Positions 62,836-64,000 of a stretch of 64,000 nucleotides of DNA are shown one piece after another; the first letter of the stretch is position 1; each line of letters begins with the position of its first letter. Below the pieces are notes generated by a model. It saw only the letters and a list, made by a program, of their open reading frames with translations, did not search any database and was not told the DNA's origin. A program made the translations under genes and the position numbers. The DNA is taken from positions 1,682 to 65,681 of the forward strand of contig WHTR01000004.1 of the NCBI GenBank assembly GCA_009377635.1, in the 5' to 3' direction. Origin of the DNA: Chloroflexota bacterium (GTDB lineage Bacteria; Chloroflexota; UBA6077; SHYK01).

Positions 62836-63306
62836 ATGCGGGCCAAAGAGGGCGTGCTCGATCTCCTGAACCAGGTGCTGACCAACGAGCTCACCGCGAT
62901 CAACCAGTACTTCGTCCACGCCGAGATGATCAAGAACTGGGGCTACCACCGGCTCTTCGAGCGATTGCGTGCGTTCAGTATCGAAGAGATGCGCGACGCT
63001 GAGCAGTTGATCGGCCACATCCTGTACCTGGAGGGGCTTCCCAACCTCCAGCGGCTCGGGACGGTGCGAGTCGGGGAGAACGCTGAGGAAGATCTGCGGC
63101 TGGACGTGCAGCAGGAAGCCGAGGCCGTCGAGACTCTGCGCCAGTCGATCACCCATTGTCAACAGGTCGGGGACTACACGACTCGGGGCATCCTGGAGCA
63201 GATGGTGCGGGAGCAGGAACAGCACATCGACTGGCTCGAGACCCAGTTGGACACCATTCGCCAGGTCGGCGGCGAGAACTATCTCGCTCAGCAGATCGAG
63301 GGATAG
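62836..63306 (+). CDS. bfr: bacterioferritin
   Basis: VLDLLNQVLTNELTAINQYFVHAEMIKNWGY...EEMRDAEQLIGHILYLEG...EQEQHIDWLETQL is collinear with Bfr, including the ferroxidase Glu/His residues and the heme-ligand Met region. Confidence 0.9.
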   Translation: MRAKEGVLDLLNQVLTNELTAINQYFVHAEMIKNWGYHRLFERLRAFSIEEMRDAEQLIGHILYLEGLPNLQRLGTVRVGENAEEDLRLDVQQEAEAVETLRQSITHCQQVGDYTTRGILEQMVREQEQHIDWLETQLDTIRQVGGENYLAQQIEG

Positions 63307-63325
63307 AGGTTCGAGCCTTTTCTCG

Positions 63326-64000
63326 CTACGGGCGAGAGGGTGACTCGGACGCGGTCACTGGCGCGGAGGTTTCGGGTTGGACGCGGCTGGTTGGCATGGG
63401 CACGATCAGCGGGCGGTCCGCGGTTGGGTGGCGGGTGACGGCGAACGCGATCGAGAGGACCGCCTCCAGCCGATCCGCAGTGAGCACCTCGGCCGGCGGA
63501 CCCACCGACATGAGGCGTCCATCCGCCATCAAGCCGACTCGGTCGGCATAGACGGCCGCCAGGTTCAGGTCATGCAAGACGGCCAGTACCGCTCCGCCGC
63601 AGTCGGATAGCGTCCGGGCCAACGCCATGGTGGCGTGCTGGTGCCGGGGATCCAGATGCGCAGTGGGCTCATCCAGGAGCAGCACCGGTGTCTCTTGCGC
63701 TAGCACGCGCGCGAGGGTCACGCGGGCCTGCTCGCCGCCTGAGAGCGTGGGATATCTTCGCTCCACCAGATCCAGCGTCTCCGTGCGCTCCATTGCCCGC
63801 CGCGCCGCCTCGAGATCCTGGGGGCGTTCGTCGCGACCGTCCACGTGCGGATGACGGCCCATCAAGACGACATCCAGCACGGGGAATGCGAAGCCCAGGA
63901 AGGTGCTCTGCGGCATGACCGCGCGCTGTTTCGCGAGGGCACCGACGCCGTAAGCCCACAGCGGCAGTCCGTGCGGGCGCACCTCGCCTTCGCTTGGCAG
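63326..64000 (-). CDS. ABC transporter ATP-binding protein (iron-siderophore/heme/B12 FecE-HmuV type), 5' end off-window
   Basis: LSGGEQARVTLARVLAQETPVLLLDEPTAHLD (signature motif plus Walker B), then H-loop LAVLHDLN. The ORF continues past 64000. Confidence 0.85.
   Translation of the reverse strand: MPSEGEVRPHGLPLWAYGVGALAKQRAVMPQSTFLGFAFPVLDVVLMGRHPHVDGRDERPQDLEAARRAMERTETLDLVERRYPTLSGGEQARVTLARVLAQETPVLLLDEPTAHLDPRHQHATMALARTLSDCGGAVLAVLHDLNLAAVYADRVGLMADGRLMSVGPPAEVLTADRLEAVLSIAFAVTRHPTADRPLIVPMPTSRVQPETSAPVTASESPSRP

Noticed and set aside
1-64000. Search for CRISPR arrays, tandem repeats, rRNA/tRNA genes, transposases, integrases, phage genes or known defence-system genes.
   Set aside because: I saw no regularly spaced direct repeats, no rRNA or tRNA signatures and no recombinase, transposase or nuclease families. 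The only mobile-DNA signal is the small non-autonomous palindromic repeat family.

Overview
Gene-dense, high-GC (about mid-60s % by eye) bacterial chromosomal segment with strong GGAGG-type ribosome-binding sites. I recognised no rRNA, tRNA, CRISPR array, transposase or integrase.

Content from left to right:
1. An edge-truncated myo-inositol-1-phosphate synthase with an HTH-like N-terminal extension.
2. An aromatic-ring catabolic cluster at 3.1-13.5 kb. It has three Rieske oxygenases, a small ferredoxin, type I and LigB-type extradiol dioxygenases, a meta-cleavage-type hydrolase, an SDR and cupins. Remnants of family-5 solute-binding-protein genes flank it.
3. A mixed region at 14-19.4 kb: a GAF histidine kinase, an mgtC gene split by a small palindromic insertion, archaemetzincin, a PfkB kinase, a decayed encapsulin shell gene and an orphan OmpR-type response regulator.
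4. Two glycan loci. One is a GT2+GT9 pair at 19.6-21.6 kb. The other is a nine-gene, translationally coupled minus-strand operon at 26.4-37.6 kb, encoding a complete ADP-D,D-heptose pathway (GmhA fused to a GT4, GmhB, HldE), two GT9, a GT4, a GT2, a radical-SAM/SPASM enzyme and a carbamoyltransferase.
5. Stress and dormancy genes scattered over 21.7-26.3 kb and 38.8-54.8 kb: five BON-domain genes, Hsp20, HPF, SOD, DksA-like, ChaB, DUF2795, an lmo0937-type peptide, SRPBCC, CBS proteins and an S2P protease.
6. A PAS/GAF histidine kinase, an orphan solute-binding protein and an enolase-superfamily enzyme.
7. A lower-GC patch with a YwqK/MORN immunity-like gene and a methyltransferase.
8. bfd-bfr and an iron-type ABC ATPase running off the right edge.

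Most notable observations:
- An 11-bp-phased direct repeat, GTTNAC-N5-GTTNAC, sits sense-oriented upstream of several of the stress genes and may mark a regulon.
- Two genes carry an in-frame TGA at a position I recall as a conserved Cys: a rhodanese-CBS protein and a YgaP/DUF2892-like membrane protein. These are selenocysteine candidates or nonsense mutations.
- A 129-bp MITE-like insertion with a 5-bp target duplication splits mgtC, and excising it in silico restores the reading frame.
- The heptose, carbamoyl and radical-SAM glycan operon is unusual in composition.
- There are many decayed or frameshifted genes. Several of the frameshifts lie at homopolymers, so assembly error is a real alternative to genuine decay.

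All functional calls rest on motif and family recognition by eye. No database search was run.
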